This document shows positions 12,440 through 24,600 of a DNA stretch of 64,000 nt, in pieces. The notes under the pieces are model-generated. The model saw nothing but the letters and a program-made list of their open reading frames with translations. It was not told the DNA's origin and did no database searches. This DNA comes from Paraspadella gotoi (taxonomy: Eukaryota > Animalia > Chaetognatha). The position numbers and the translations under genes were made by a program. Location of the stretch: contig CM119263.1 in NCBI GenBank assembly GCA_051294375.1, positions 31,132,949 to 31,196,948 on the forward strand, in the 5' to 3' direction. Within the stretch, counting starts at the first letter, position 1. Each line of letters starts with the position of its first letter.

Positions 12440-14119
12440 GTCTTTTGACGCCCCCGAGTCCCCCTTTCCCGAACGCTTGGAAGAGGTAGAGGACTTGCGG
12501 TAATTCCTAAAAGTCCCTCTGGACTTCCCATAGAAGCGCTTACGAGGCTCTTGAAAAGATTTGGCCTTGGAAGCCTGGCCTTAAAAAGCGACGAATGGAT
12601 TGCAGCAGTAACATCGGTCGCCCGATTTCCAAAAAAGAAATCCGCAGAAGGGCCTGCTTCAGAAAGAGTAGGCTTTAGCTCCTTGGGCGCCGTCTGGGTC
12701 ACCGAACGACGAGCATCAGCTAAGGCTGAGTTGAAAGAGGATGCCAACATCGTCGCCGCATCTTTGAGAGGGGCCGCCAAAGCCTCCAAATCCTCCACGA
12801 GATCAGGATCCGCATCAGAACTCTTGAGAGAGTCGACGATGGACCGCAGATTATCCGCCGTATGCAACACAGAGTGCGCTACCGCGCCCGAATCTTTCAT
12901 CACCTTCACAGACTGTTTGAAAATAGGGCCATTTGCGGTCCTTGGCGGTGGCGTCAAACTGCGCCGAAAGACAGCTGTCTTTTTGCGGAGGTCCGAAAAC
13001 CGAAGGCGAGGATCCATCCAACCATCTAGCAAAAACTGAACGCCCATGGCTGGAGTCCCATCCCCGTTTGAGCTCTCCAGCTTCGCCAACACTGGCGAAA
13101 GTCTTTCCATTGATGAAAAATCCAATCTGATGGGACCGCAGCAGTCCTGCGGTGAGGCATAAAGGAGTCAAATCCAGCAACAACATCAGATACGGATGAG
13201 AGCTCATCTTCCGAACCAGAAACATCCAAGTCTGGTGCATTATATACGGAAGCATTCGGTCGATGTGACATCGACGCCGACTTGGGGAAAGCCGGGGTAG
13301 CAAGGTCGAACCCAGAAGCAGGGATATGACGACTAGAAACGAATCAACGAGATGGGAGAATGTAGCATCAACGCGAAATCCAGGAGCCACGAAGCGATGT
13401 ACATGTAAGAAAAAAAGGAAAATACGAATTAGAAAAAGAGAACACCAACAAGAAGACAAACTCTTCGAAGCCGCCCTCCACCACCGGTGGTGCCAGGGTG
13501 GACGGCGGGAGACAGCGTGGTGGAGAGGAGCCATGAAGAATCCCGGTTCCACTTGGAACCAGAAATTCTATCATGTTGCTCCTCTCCACCACGCAGATGC
13601 TCAGTAACAAGAGCGGCAAGAAGAGTAAACAAAAACAAACAAAGTCGAGTTGGTGGAGTGAAATAATTCAAAAATTCGCGTAATGTACGCCCGAAGGCAA
13701 ATTTCAAATTTCAAAAGAAAAAACATACCATTTGAAAGAATCCATCTCCGAACGCATAGACCTCTGAAAAGTCTCCAGCTGGTGCTGAACCGCCGAGAAT
13801 CCGGCTTGAATAACGTTGAGTTGATTCGTTTCTAGGCTACAGGCCGGGACTTCAGAATGCACCTTGTCCGCCCCCAAACCACCATACGCCCTAGTATAAG
13901 ACGATGCACTCGGTCCCTTGACCGCTTCAGGTGGCGGAGAGAAACCCGGCGGCGCCCTACCGGGCCGATCTCGCTTGCGGGGGGAGAAACGGGAGCCGGT
14001 CTGGGAGGTGGTGGAGGAGGAGACAGCCCGCGGCCACGGGCGGCTCCTGAGCCGGAAAGGCCCGCTCGCTTATGACCGCTTAAGCGCGGGCTTGACTTTG
14101 ACTCGCGAGACTCGGACAT
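12440..14119 (-). pseudogene. DIRS gag-like ORF1, possibly two exons (about 14119-13729 and about 13332 downward)
   Basis: Helical ORF upstream of RT; minus-strand donor atg|gtatgt at 13728 and acceptor attcgtttctag at 13333. Confidence 0.5.
13515..13602. repeat. DIRS internal complementary region (ICR)
   Basis: First half is the reverse complement of about 9333-9382; second half is the reverse complement of about 14448-14487; the halves join at aaatt (13563-13567). Confidence 0.93.
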
Positions 14120-14665
14120 AATAATGAGTCAAAACCAACTTCAAAATTATCAGAAATTTTGGAAACAAATAGGAAATATCCACACAAATATTTCAAATCC
14201 AAAAAGAATATTTCAAAAAATAATTCAAACAATATTTCAAAAATAATCCAAAAATAATTACAAAACCTTTTGTAACAAAACCTGTGAACACGTGGTCGTG
14301 AAACAAAAAGTGATTTCTCCTTCCGATGCATCCCGGAAGATGGAGCTGAGAGGAGGAAGAGGAGGAGAGGAGCAGGAGGAGGAGGAGTCTACTCCTTCTG
14401 TTTTTCTCTTTTGTATTTCTTGTGGACACACGACATCTGGATCAAAAGAGCATCTGCGTGGTGGAGAGGAGCAACATGATAGAATTTAAACCCCCAATAG
14501 AAAGGCAAAGTGGGACTCGCTAAACTGAAAGGGGAAACAAGTAATGAATCAATTATAAATAAACAATGAATATCAATGAATAAACACATGTCGGAAAGTC
14601 TTTGGAGATTCCTCTTCACGAATCCGTCTCCATCACAGATTGCTTTTTGAAGTCGCAAATTTTTT

Positions 14666-17447
14666 ACAAGGTGTACAAAGTCAAGCTCAAGGGCTTTTGG
14701 TTTTATCATATCTCATCAATCGGTGATATAATTATAAATCTTGAAAAAGGTGGATTAACTCATTCAAAATCTTTTCGCAGCTTCCCCAAAATACTCTGGC
14801 GCATCACAACTCGATCGTCGAACGCGAATCAAAAAAAATCGGATCTCGTTTCGTCGATGGATTTCTTTCTCTCTCCAAGGAAGAAGATTCTTATCCTTCA
14901 CTCGGTTCCGACCCCGGTCCGGCATCCCTCGACGCCGGTCCGGCATCCCTCGACGCCGGTCCGGCATCTCTCGACGCCGGCCCCTCCTCCTTCAACGTTC
15001 GAGCCCTCCGCGACGACGAAGAAATGCTGCTGCCGCCGCCGCCGAGCCGCGAATCGGAGAAACTCTCGCGGCGCCTTCTATCCGCCGATCCAAGACTCGA
15101 GGAGGGTCTGCCTCCGGAAGTGTCGGAACCGGTCCTCAACTACCTCGAGTTCGAACCTGGAAGCAAAGTCAAGCCCCCGCGACCCACGGAAGAATCCGTG
15201 CAGCAGGTGAGGCCCTCCGATTCCTCAACGTCCTGATCGTGGCGAGGCGGACCGATACAGAATTAATATTCCATAAAGGAATTAAAAATCTTGATCCATA
15301 TCGTGGTCCGCCTCAGCCACGAAATGCCCCATGCCAAGAGAGCGGAGGAAACGGTTATTTCAACAAAATTATTTCGATCGAAACAGACGAAATAAAATTC
15401 TAAAAATTACAAAAATCGAATAATTCAAAAAAAGAAAGAAAGAAATAAAGGAGAAACAAAAGAGGAGGCGAGGCGTTTGAAAAACGAGCTAAAACCCCCA
15501 CTACGCCATCTGGCGGGAAAAACTCACCGCCCCAAAGCGTCGAAACGCCGCTGAGACTCGCGGCGAAATTCGTCGAATCCTTCCTAAAGCTGTTCACTAG
15601 TCAGAAACCATCGTCGTAAGGACAGACTCAGTCTCTGGTCACTCACCGGACAGTGGGGAATGACCCAGACCGCCGCCACTTAGTCCATGAGAGCAGCGGA
15701 GAGAGGGCGCCCTCGGACAAAGCCCCCAACCGCTCGGCTCGCGCGCAACGGAAATGTCGGTTGGGTACGGGCGATAATCCCAAACCGACGGAATCGGCGC
15801 TGCCGAAAACCACGGTAAAGGGGGAGAAAGGCCCCACTCGTGTCGGTTTGAGACGGCACGGTGCCGCATCGGCACGGGCGAAGACCGCTCGGTCTCTCCT
15901 GGACTCTCAAGCCCCCGAGGGATCACCAGTCCCCTCTCTACGTTTAGAGACATGTCCGAACGTTTTCGGCTGTCGGATTTTTTGTCCGAACGATTCGTCT
16001 CCTACTTTATAGCACTTCTAATGAGGCGGAATTTCCGAACGTAGATATCACGAGAAATGCGTGAAAAGTCAAGAAAAAACGCTCGAAATCCAGAAAGGAT
16101 ACAACCGAACTAGAATGAGCGCAGAAAAAGAATTGAGTGCTTTCGTATTCCGATGAAGGGAGGGAGCCGGCTGGGATTGCCGGCTCCCATTGGTCGGAGG
16201 ACCGCGCTCACCAGTGACGTTCCCCCCTGGGAATTTTTTTTTTCATCTATCGATGTATTTTGTTCGTTTTTCTTACTCTGATAAACGCGCATGATCTACT
16301 CGATCAGCGCGAACAAAAAGGCATTTGCGTGGCGGGCGGACCGATACAGAATTAATATTCCATAAAGGAATTAAAAATTCCTCAACGTCCTGAATATTTT
16401 AACTCTAATTATATATTATTTTTATTATAAAACATACATAAAATACTAGCTAGCTTATAATCTGTGAAATTAAAGGAGCTGGAATATTACGCTCGTCTTT
16501 ACGGTGGCCGCGGACCTCCGATGTCTGTTTCCGGCTACTTAAAGAAATGCAGACAAAAATGAAATATAACACATAATGACCTGGGTCGAAGAGTACGCCT
16601 CGGACTGGGAAATCGCCGCAGCGCTGAGAGCCACGGCAGCGTCCGTCTCGTCCGAAGTTGGGATCTCGGCACTTGCGGCAGATGACTCGATCCGCGCTGA
16701 GTTGTGGCCAAGTAGCCGGAAACAGACATCGGAGGTCCGCGGCCACCGTAAAGACGAGCGTAATATTCCAGCTCCTTTAATTTCACAGATTATAAGCTAG
16801 CTAGTATTTTATGTATGTTTTATAATAAAAATAATATATAATTAGAGTTAAAATATTCAGGACGTTGAGGAATCGGAGGGCCTCACCTGCTGCACGGATT
16901 CTTCCGTGGGTCGCGGGGGCTTGACTTTGCTCCCAGGTTCGAACTCGAGGTAGTTGAGGACCGGTTCCGACACTTCCGGAGGCAGACCCTCCTCGAGTCT
17001 TGGATCGGCGGATAGAAGGCGCCGCGAGAGTTTCTCCGATTCGCGGCTCGGCGGCGGCGGCAGCAGCATTTCTTCGTCGTCGCGGAGGGCTCGAACGTTG
17101 AAGGAGGAGGGGCCGGCGTCGAGAGATGCCGGACCGGCGTCGAGAGATGCCGGACCGGCGTCGAGAGATGCCGGACCGGCGTCGAGGATGCCGGACCGGG
17201 GTCGGAACCGAGTGAAGGATAAGAATCTTCTTCCTTGGAGAGAGAAAGAAATCCATCGACGAAACGAGATCCGATTTTTTTTGATTCGCGTTCGACGATC
17301 GAGTTGTGATGCGCCAGAGTATTTTGGGGAAGCTGCGAAAAGATTTTGAATGAGTTAATCCACCTTTTTCAAGATTTATAATTATATCACCGATTGAAGA
17401 GATATGATAAAACCAAAAGCCCTTGAGCTTGACTTTGTACACCTTGT
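14666..17447. repeat. Large inverted duplication: arms 14666-16540 (interrupted by an insertion) and 16710-17447; spacer 16541-16709
   Basis: An identical 70-aa ORF occurs on both strands (15024..15236 + and 16857..17069 -), and the flanks align as reverse complements. Confidence 0.9.
15237..16376 (-). mobile_element. About 1.1-kb non-autonomous derivative of a second DIRS family (ICR to 5' ITR segment)
   Basis: ICR-like hairpin at 15237-15322 (tcgtggcgaggcggacc...ggtccgcctcagccacga); its first half is repeated directly at 16328-16378; flanked by the 17-bp duplication attcctcaacgtcctga (15220-15236 and 16377-16393); absent from the opposite arm of the inverted repeat. Confidence 0.65.
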
Positions 17448-17581
17448 GAACGTTAACCAAATATATTTCACAGAGTTCAAATGTTATGTTTATTTAATTC
17501 TTAAACAGCTTAATGTAACGAGGCAAAAGTAAAGGATTTTAATTTAAACCAAGTCCAAACGCTCCTCAGATCGCGTGCAGT

Positions 17582-18388
17582 TCAACTCTCTCTCTCCTTC
17601 TCCTTCTCCAACCTCGCTCGCTCCTTCTCCTCATCCTCAGGAGCAAGTCCTCCTGCTCCTGGTCCTTTTACATCGTCCCTTGCACCTCCTTCATTCGATC
17701 GTTCAGAGAGCGAGCGTTTGCTGTTTGTTGTCGTGTTGTCGTCGATGCGACCCCCCCTCCTCTTCAAGAAAGCGAGGAGGGCGGATATCAAACCGCGACG
17801 AGTTCCATCGATGGCTGCGCTACGGAGGAGATGAGGGCGCGCCGATGTATGAGCGGAGCCCGTCTGCGCGGAGTCTGCCGCCGCGTCGACTTGTTCCTGA
17901 GTGCACCGCACGCAGAATTTGCAGCAGAAGCAGCAGCAGCATGCGCAGCAGGCGAGCGCAATGGTGATAACGATGACGCCGACTGCTATAGTGGGCGCGA
18001 TGTTCTGCCAGGTGGCCCACCACGACGTGAAGGGGTTTTCGCCGAAGAGATTTCGAAAGAACGACGTCGACGACGCCGCCGTTATTTCCCTTTCCTCTGC
18101 GTGAACTCGTGGTCGAAGGCTAGTTCTTCCGAATGTTTTGCCATGAAAGCGCCGACGTCTTCGAAGAGGTCCTTCTCGACGGAGATGTGTTCCTGCCGGT
18201 TTGGTAGGGAGACGGAGAGGGCGTAGTACTTACTGTACTCCGCGCCTGACGCGTCAACATAACGTCCGTCTATGGCGTAGACCGGCGGGAGGCGATCGCA
18301 TGGTGTTTTGAGCGACGACATCACCACATGATGGAATACGGCATGGCGGAACGCGGCGTGACCTCTGTAGCTAACGGGAGATCGTGGT
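17582..18388 (-). pseudogene. C-terminal fragment of a type-I membrane, viral/retroelement envelope-like glycoprotein
   Basis: With one frameshift near 18100: TPCDRLPPVYAIDGRY...SFFRNLFGENPFTSWWATWQNIAPTIAVGVIVITIALACCACCCCFCCKFC. Intronless; runs into the N gap at 18389-18413. Confidence 0.5.
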
Positions 18389-19480
18389 NNNNNNNNNNNN
18401 NNNNNNNNNNNNNACAATAATTTCTGGGTCGACATTGCGAAGTCCATTATGTAGCCCCACTCAATGGGGTGAGTAAGTTTTATCAATTTCTTTATGTTTT
18501 CACTTAGAAAAGTAAGAATTTTTAAAAGCTGTAATTATATTTCTTGTCTCACTTTTTATGCTCTATCAGAATCCATCCATCCAAAAAATTTTAAGATTTC
18601 AAAAAAAAATTTTATGTAAAAAAGACAAGTAATATTTAATGTATTAATCAAGACAACTAAAAATACTTGGCTAATAGTCGAAATTTTATATTATCTCTGG
18701 AGTTGGTCCCTAATATAGATGAACTTAACATCTCAACGTCTGTTGCCGTAGAAAAAAATAATTTTCAGCGACCCAAAAAGATTTCTGCAATATGCAAGTG
18801 AAATTATGGAGCACAAAAAATCCAGAAGTTTTTTACTCAGCCTTCTTTTTTTTAGTTCTCCTCGCTATATTCTTTCCACGTTACCTCCGCATCCACTCCC
18901 TCCGCTTCCGCCTCAGCTTCCTTCGCCTCCGTTTCCGCCTCCGCTCCCGTTTCCGACTCCGCCTCATCTTCTAACCTTTTTTCTCAAGCGTATTCGACGA
19001 CGACGACGACAACTGACATGACGACTCCCCCTTCGTCCGATTCGTCGTCCAGCAAAACATTCGTCTGGTGATAATTGGGGAAACAGCATTTAATTTTTTA
19101 AAATAGATTTCGATCGTTGAATTGATTAGCGTAATTATTCCCTTTTAAATTACTTCATTGTTAATTCAGGATAAATAATGATTTGCCAACATGAACTAAT
19201 AATATTAACCTTTTAAAGATATTCATAATTTCTTATTCAAAACACGACGATAAAAATAAGAGGCTGAAAAACTGTATTATTTGAAACGATCCACAAATAT
19301 CTCTGCTACGCATTATGTACTTTTATTACAGTTCACCGGATTCTTTGCCATCTGGCTTGACGGAATGATAAGAGCGGACCACAACTACAGGTATTTCGAC
19401 TAGTGTATGTAGCTGTAGGATTTGTACGAGCGAATCTAAATTTTAGAACGTTAGTATATGGCCATATATGTATATGATTC

Positions 19481-19988
19481 AATAACAACAGCCGGGTTGT
19501 CTATGATGCCCATTAGGATTGTGGATGGAATATAATGCTTGGGATGGTGCGTTCCCCCTCTGAGCCCCTCTGAGATTGGCAGAATGAAGCTGGAGGTAAG
19601 GCGGTGTGAATATACCGCTACAGGATCCCTTTTCCCTTTTCCAGGCCTGAGAGGTGTCTAACAAGACTGCTACTATAGTGGGAGAGAGAGTGAGAGAGCG
19701 CCTCATGGTGGGTGCATAGGGGTTTGTTGTAGCGTACCCTGAGAAGGTTGCGTGTTCAAGAAAGGCTCACCACTTATAGCAACTGCCGGGTTGCCTGTTA
19801 TTCCCATTGAGATGGAGCATCTCACTATTGGCTTTAGGGGCTACCGACCCTCAGTGGCGCCGCCTGCCACTGGCGCGGTTACCCTAGGACAGAGAAAAGT
19901 CGTTAGGACTGGATGGAACGAAACGCTTGGGGTATGGTGCGTTCCCCCTCTGAGCCAATGGCATTTGCAGAATGAATATCCCGCCACA
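19481..19988 (-). mobile_element. TRIM (miniature LTR retrotransposon), older diverged subfamily
   Basis: LTRs 19775-19988 and 19481-19622 (internally deleted); PBS ggctcacca at about 19764-19772; PPT (minus) ggaaagggaaaagggatcc at 19623-19641; flanks attc/atta. Confidence 0.8.
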
Positions 19989-20276
19989 ATTATAACATTT
20001 TAATCCACGTCGGTCTTACTGTTGATTTGATTCCATTTTTTTTTTCAGCTTCGATCCTCAGTGGCATTGATCTTCAGTTGAACAAAATCAACAATATCTT
20101 AGTGAATCCAAATCATGTACATATATTTTAGAATCTTCCAGCTAATTTATGATTGATTAATGAATCTTTACTTAAAAAGTTGACATGATCTTGTTTCCTT
20201 TGTTACCTTGATGTTTGGACCCCTTGCGTCGTCTTCGGCAGTCGGGGAATAATGTCATAAAGAGGAGAGCTGACCT

Positions 20277-20282
<6 letters not shown>

Positions 20283-20373
<91 letters not shown>
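20283..20373. repeat. (CT)n microsatellite
   Basis: About 45 perfect CT units. Confidence 0.95.
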
Positions 20374-20375
<2 letters not shown>

Positions 20376-21007
20376 GGAAATCGAAGTGATTCTGAAATGG
20401 TTATTAACTTAAATATACTTAACCACCTCGACCTCGGTCGTTTTTATCATTTTAGCATTTTCGCAATGCAGTGACTTTATTCGGCATAAATCTTCAATTA
20501 CAATTTGGATTTCTGACTCTTTTAATGTTTTTTTAAAATGTTAATACGTTGTATAAGGTATCATATGTCTACAACTGGGAAAATGGATTTGATGTTTAGA
20601 TCTGCTAAATACTTATGAATGGCGTTTGTTTCTATCGTCTTCTAAGTTAAAACGCATAACCTTCAATCATTTTCTTTTACGAATTGTATCCACGCCGAGG
20701 ATCACAATATGAGGTTTACAATCTCTTAGAAATAGCTTTTTACTTTCCTCGAATGTTTGTTATAATTTGATTATTAAGATTATTTAAAATTGCTCTTATT
20801 TAAATGGAATTTTGATCCCAGGAATAAATAACATTCGTATTTATTGAATGAATTGGAAGACTTCTAATTATCGCCTGCCTTCCACGCATTCCTTAAACTA
20901 CCTCTTGGGGAGGAAAATTTTTTTTTTTTAGTTTATATACATTCATTGCAAAAAAAAATGTTTTAACGAAACAACGCGAAATAAGGTCTGTCATTATTGA
21001 AAAGGAC

Positions 21008-21020
21008 GTTGCTAGGTAAC
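21008..21020. promoter_or_regulatory. RFX X-box-like site upstream of the transporter gene
   Basis: GTTGCTAGGTAAC fits the X-box consensus; about 600 bp upstream of ATG 21629. Confidence 0.35.
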
Positions 21021-21628
21021 GCTGGCTTTTTTGAATCGATAATCATTAAGTATCGAAAACTCGGGCCGTTTGTTCGGAGGTCAACCCTTTTTGGAATCGT
21101 GCACGGTATTCAGCTTTCTTCCGTTCGCCTTTACTCAAGGCTCAGGGCTCATTTAATTTTATTATAAATAGATTTTCCCAATTTCCCATTCAAGATTTTT
21201 CAAAGTTATCTCCCAGTTTTAAATCAGAAAGTCATATTATTTCAAGCGAAACTGGTAATTTTATCACCTAAAAATTAAAATCCGTTAATTATATTTTTTA
21301 TTTAATGTCTCTCAGGCTATCTCTCGCCTGCCTAATCCATTATGCAATCAACTTTGTCCCGTGTGAATTTTTTTTTTTGCAATTTAAAACCCTGTTCTTC
21401 CTTTTGTTAAGGTTTTAGTTTAAAAAAAAAGCGCCTGGAATTGAGAGACGCTATGTTCGAATCTGTTTGTCCGATCCGAGAAACTATTTAATCCCCCCTT
21501 CTTTTTTGGCGACGTTTTTCGCGACCTCTTGCTCCCGCGACTTCCGACTTTCGCGACCCCCGATCGACTTTTTTTTTTTACATCTCGCTTCGAACCTCGA
21601 CTCGTTTTGTTTTCTTCCGCCGCCGACG

Positions 21629-24600
21629 ATGGCGCTGACTTTTCATCAAAAAGAATCTTACGCGATGACGCGTCTCGCCAATTCCACGGACTTGGACGAT
21701 TTCTCCGACGATGAAGAGGAGGAGGAGGAAAATGGGGAAAAGACTCACCTCAGGTCAGTTCGATAAAACTTACTTTTTATTACTTTTCAGTTCCATTTGT
21801 CAAATTTCATAAAGAATCTTCTCTATTTCTCCCCCCATTTCAGACTCAACGAAGACGCGGAAAGTCCAAAGTCGCGGAAAATGTCGAGAGAAAAGTTGAT
21901 CCCCTATCTCGACGACGACGACGACGACAACGACGACGATGATCAGGAAGAGGAAACGCTCTTCCATAAGACGGATGATCTCAATTTGAACAACAACGTC
22001 GCTACCAAGTGGGACTCGCGGCCGGCGACCTGCTTGCAGAGTTTCAAGTCAGTCGGCTATAACAATCATATTCTTATAGATTCAATCATTAAATCCATTA
22101 TCATTTAATATTTAATAACCTTTCATCTCCTTTTTCGCAGGGATTTCTCCAACGTATTTAAAGCCTTCATTGGCTCTAATTACCTTGGGATGCCCTACGC
22201 TTTTGTCCAATCGGGAGTCATCGCCGGATGCTTAGGACTGATCATTATCGCCGGTACAACAAATCCCCGTCGCTTCATGTTTAATCCAATTTTGATGACA
22301 CGACTCTCTCTCTCTCTCTCTCTCTCCCTCCCTCCCTCCCTCCCTCCCTCCCTCCCTCCCCCCCCCACCACCCCCAGGTCTAACGGGCCACTGTTGCGAC
22401 CTCATCGTCCGATGCAAGAAAATGTGCGTCTCTCGCTTCGTTGCCGCCGGGGATCGCGTCAAGGACAATTCCGTGACGGAAGTGGACATGTTGACGGACG
22501 CGGCGCGTCACCAGCGTCTCCGCGAGAGGGCGGAGAAGACGATCACTTTCGCCCACGTGGGACGACAAGCGTTCGGGCGAATAGGCGAGGTCCTCGTCAC
22601 AGTCGCTCTCATCGTCACGCAGTTGGGGTTCTGCGTTAACTACTTCATTTTCGTCGGGTGAGGGATTCTGATGCGCGGCTGTACGCGACTCTATAAGACG
22701 CTTTTTTGGTCTCTCCATGATATTATTTAAAAATATTAATAAATAATTTTTATAAATAAATACTAACAAATATTTGAAAAGTTGTGAATATTATATTTAT
22801 TTTTTATATTGTTTTAGAAAATGTCAAATAAAAGTGCAGAAAAACTGCTTAAAATTAAAAAATGTATTACATTTATTAACTTTTAAAAAGCCGATGAAAG
22901 CCAACCGCGACTGATTGAAGCGTCTTCGTTTTTATTCCCTACAATTTTAATTCAAATTTAAACTCCCCCTCCCTTATTGCAGAAACACGGTTCACACGTT
23001 GTTCCCCGCCTCCTGGTCAAATTCTTCTCATCTTCCGTCCGAATTTTCTTCGCCAATTACGACGATATCGACTTTGATTCGCGGTCGACGCCACGTTCCA
23101 ACCTTCGACTCGCCTTTTGACTCTGGTCCCCGATTGGACGACGTCACATTCGCCCCGTCCATCGGCGCTGGTCTCCCATCGGACTCCGGCCAAGTGACGC
23201 CCTCCCCTTTCGCCGGCCAACCTCGTCTCTCGGTCGCCACACCCCCGTCGCCCCCCGATAAGAAAAACGTTTCTGTGATCGAATCCGATTTGGAGAAGGA
23301 GGCGCCGTCAAAGTCCTTAGGATCCAAATCTAGTCTTTCTGACGACGACGATCCTACGCCCAATTTTCCCTCCAACGTTTCCGCTTCGAAGCTTCCGTCT
23401 TCCCCGTCCGCAGCCAATCAATCGGCCAATCAGTTATCGTCGGCATCGACGAATCCATCTCTGTCATCCTCTCCATCTTCGTCTCTGTCTCCATCATCTT
23501 CTTCCTCTTTGTTACTTCCATCCTCATCTTCTTCCTCTCCATCTTCGTCTCTGTCTCCATCTTCTTCCTCTCCATCTTCGTCTCTGTCTCCATCATCTTC
23601 TTCCTCTTTGTTACTTCCATCCTCATCGTCTCCCTCTCCATCTTCGTCTCTGTCTCCATCATCTTCTTCCTCTTTGTTAATTCCATCATCGTCTCCCTCT
23701 CCATCTTCGTCTCTGTCTCCATCATCTTCTTCCTCCTTGTTATTTCCATCCTCATCGTCTCCCTCTCAATCAGGGTCGCCCGGTTCTTCCGCCCTCTCGC
23801 CGACGGCGTTCGCGACGACGACGACGTCGATGAACGTTTCGTCTGAAGCTGAAACAACAACCACTAATCCGCCCTCTAATTTGCCCACAACTTCGTCCTC
23901 AACTTCGTCCTCAACTTCGTCCTCAACTTCGTCCTCAACTTCGTCCTCAACTTCGTCTACAACTTCGTCTACAACTTCATCTACAACTTCATCTACAACT
24001 TCGTCCACATCATCATCAACGACGACCTCGACCACCACAACCACATCGACTTTGACGACGACAACGACAATGGCTAAGACTTCGTCTTCGTCTCCTCCGA
24101 CTCAACCGCGGATTCCCAATCTTCCGACGGAACTCTCACGATCCTCCTCCGCGATGATCGACGCTGCCTCGACAGCCTCTCTCCCTTCGGCATCTACGAG
24201 CGCATCTGTGGAGGCCGCCCAAACATCCACCGCCCCGCCTTACATGCTACTTGGTACGAAGCTGAGTGTGGACTTGGAACACGATGATTATTTGTGATTA
24301 ATCCCTTTTGTATTCATATAGACTTGGCTGCTAAAGGCAAAATAACTAAAAAGATTAAGTATTATTTATTACCACGAATGCCCTGAAGTGTTTGAACTAT
24401 TATTAAACTAATTCAATATAGTTCTGGGACAAACAAGAATGCTAAGAAGTTGACTTTAAGGTTTTGAACATAACAATTATTTGGCCTTTCTAAATTCTGC
24501 TACATTAGTTTCTCTCTCTGTCTCTCTCCCTCAGTTCTTCTCCAGGTGCCTCTGCAAATCCTCTTCTCCTTTTATCGCGACGTCCGTCAATTGGGGACGA

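Larger units (their letters stand above)
9331..14487 (-). mobile_element. DIRS1-like tyrosine-recombinase retrotransposon, full length, frameshifted
   Basis: ITRs at 9366-9517 and 14314-14472 with unequal terminal extensions; ICR at 13515-13602; gag, RT, RNase H, MT and YR coding segments on the minus strand; no TSD, but both ends share a gaatt core. Confidence 0.95.

Noticed and set aside
9521-13125. Programmed frameshifting in the DIRS ORFs
   Set aside because: Breaks are numerous and fall inside domains. Single-base indels between the sister LTRs at 48 kb suggest decay or unpolished repeat consensus.
23354-24044. Minus-strand repetitive ORFs (METETK, VEDE repeats)
   Set aside because: Antisense shadows of the Ser/Thr-rich transporter exon.
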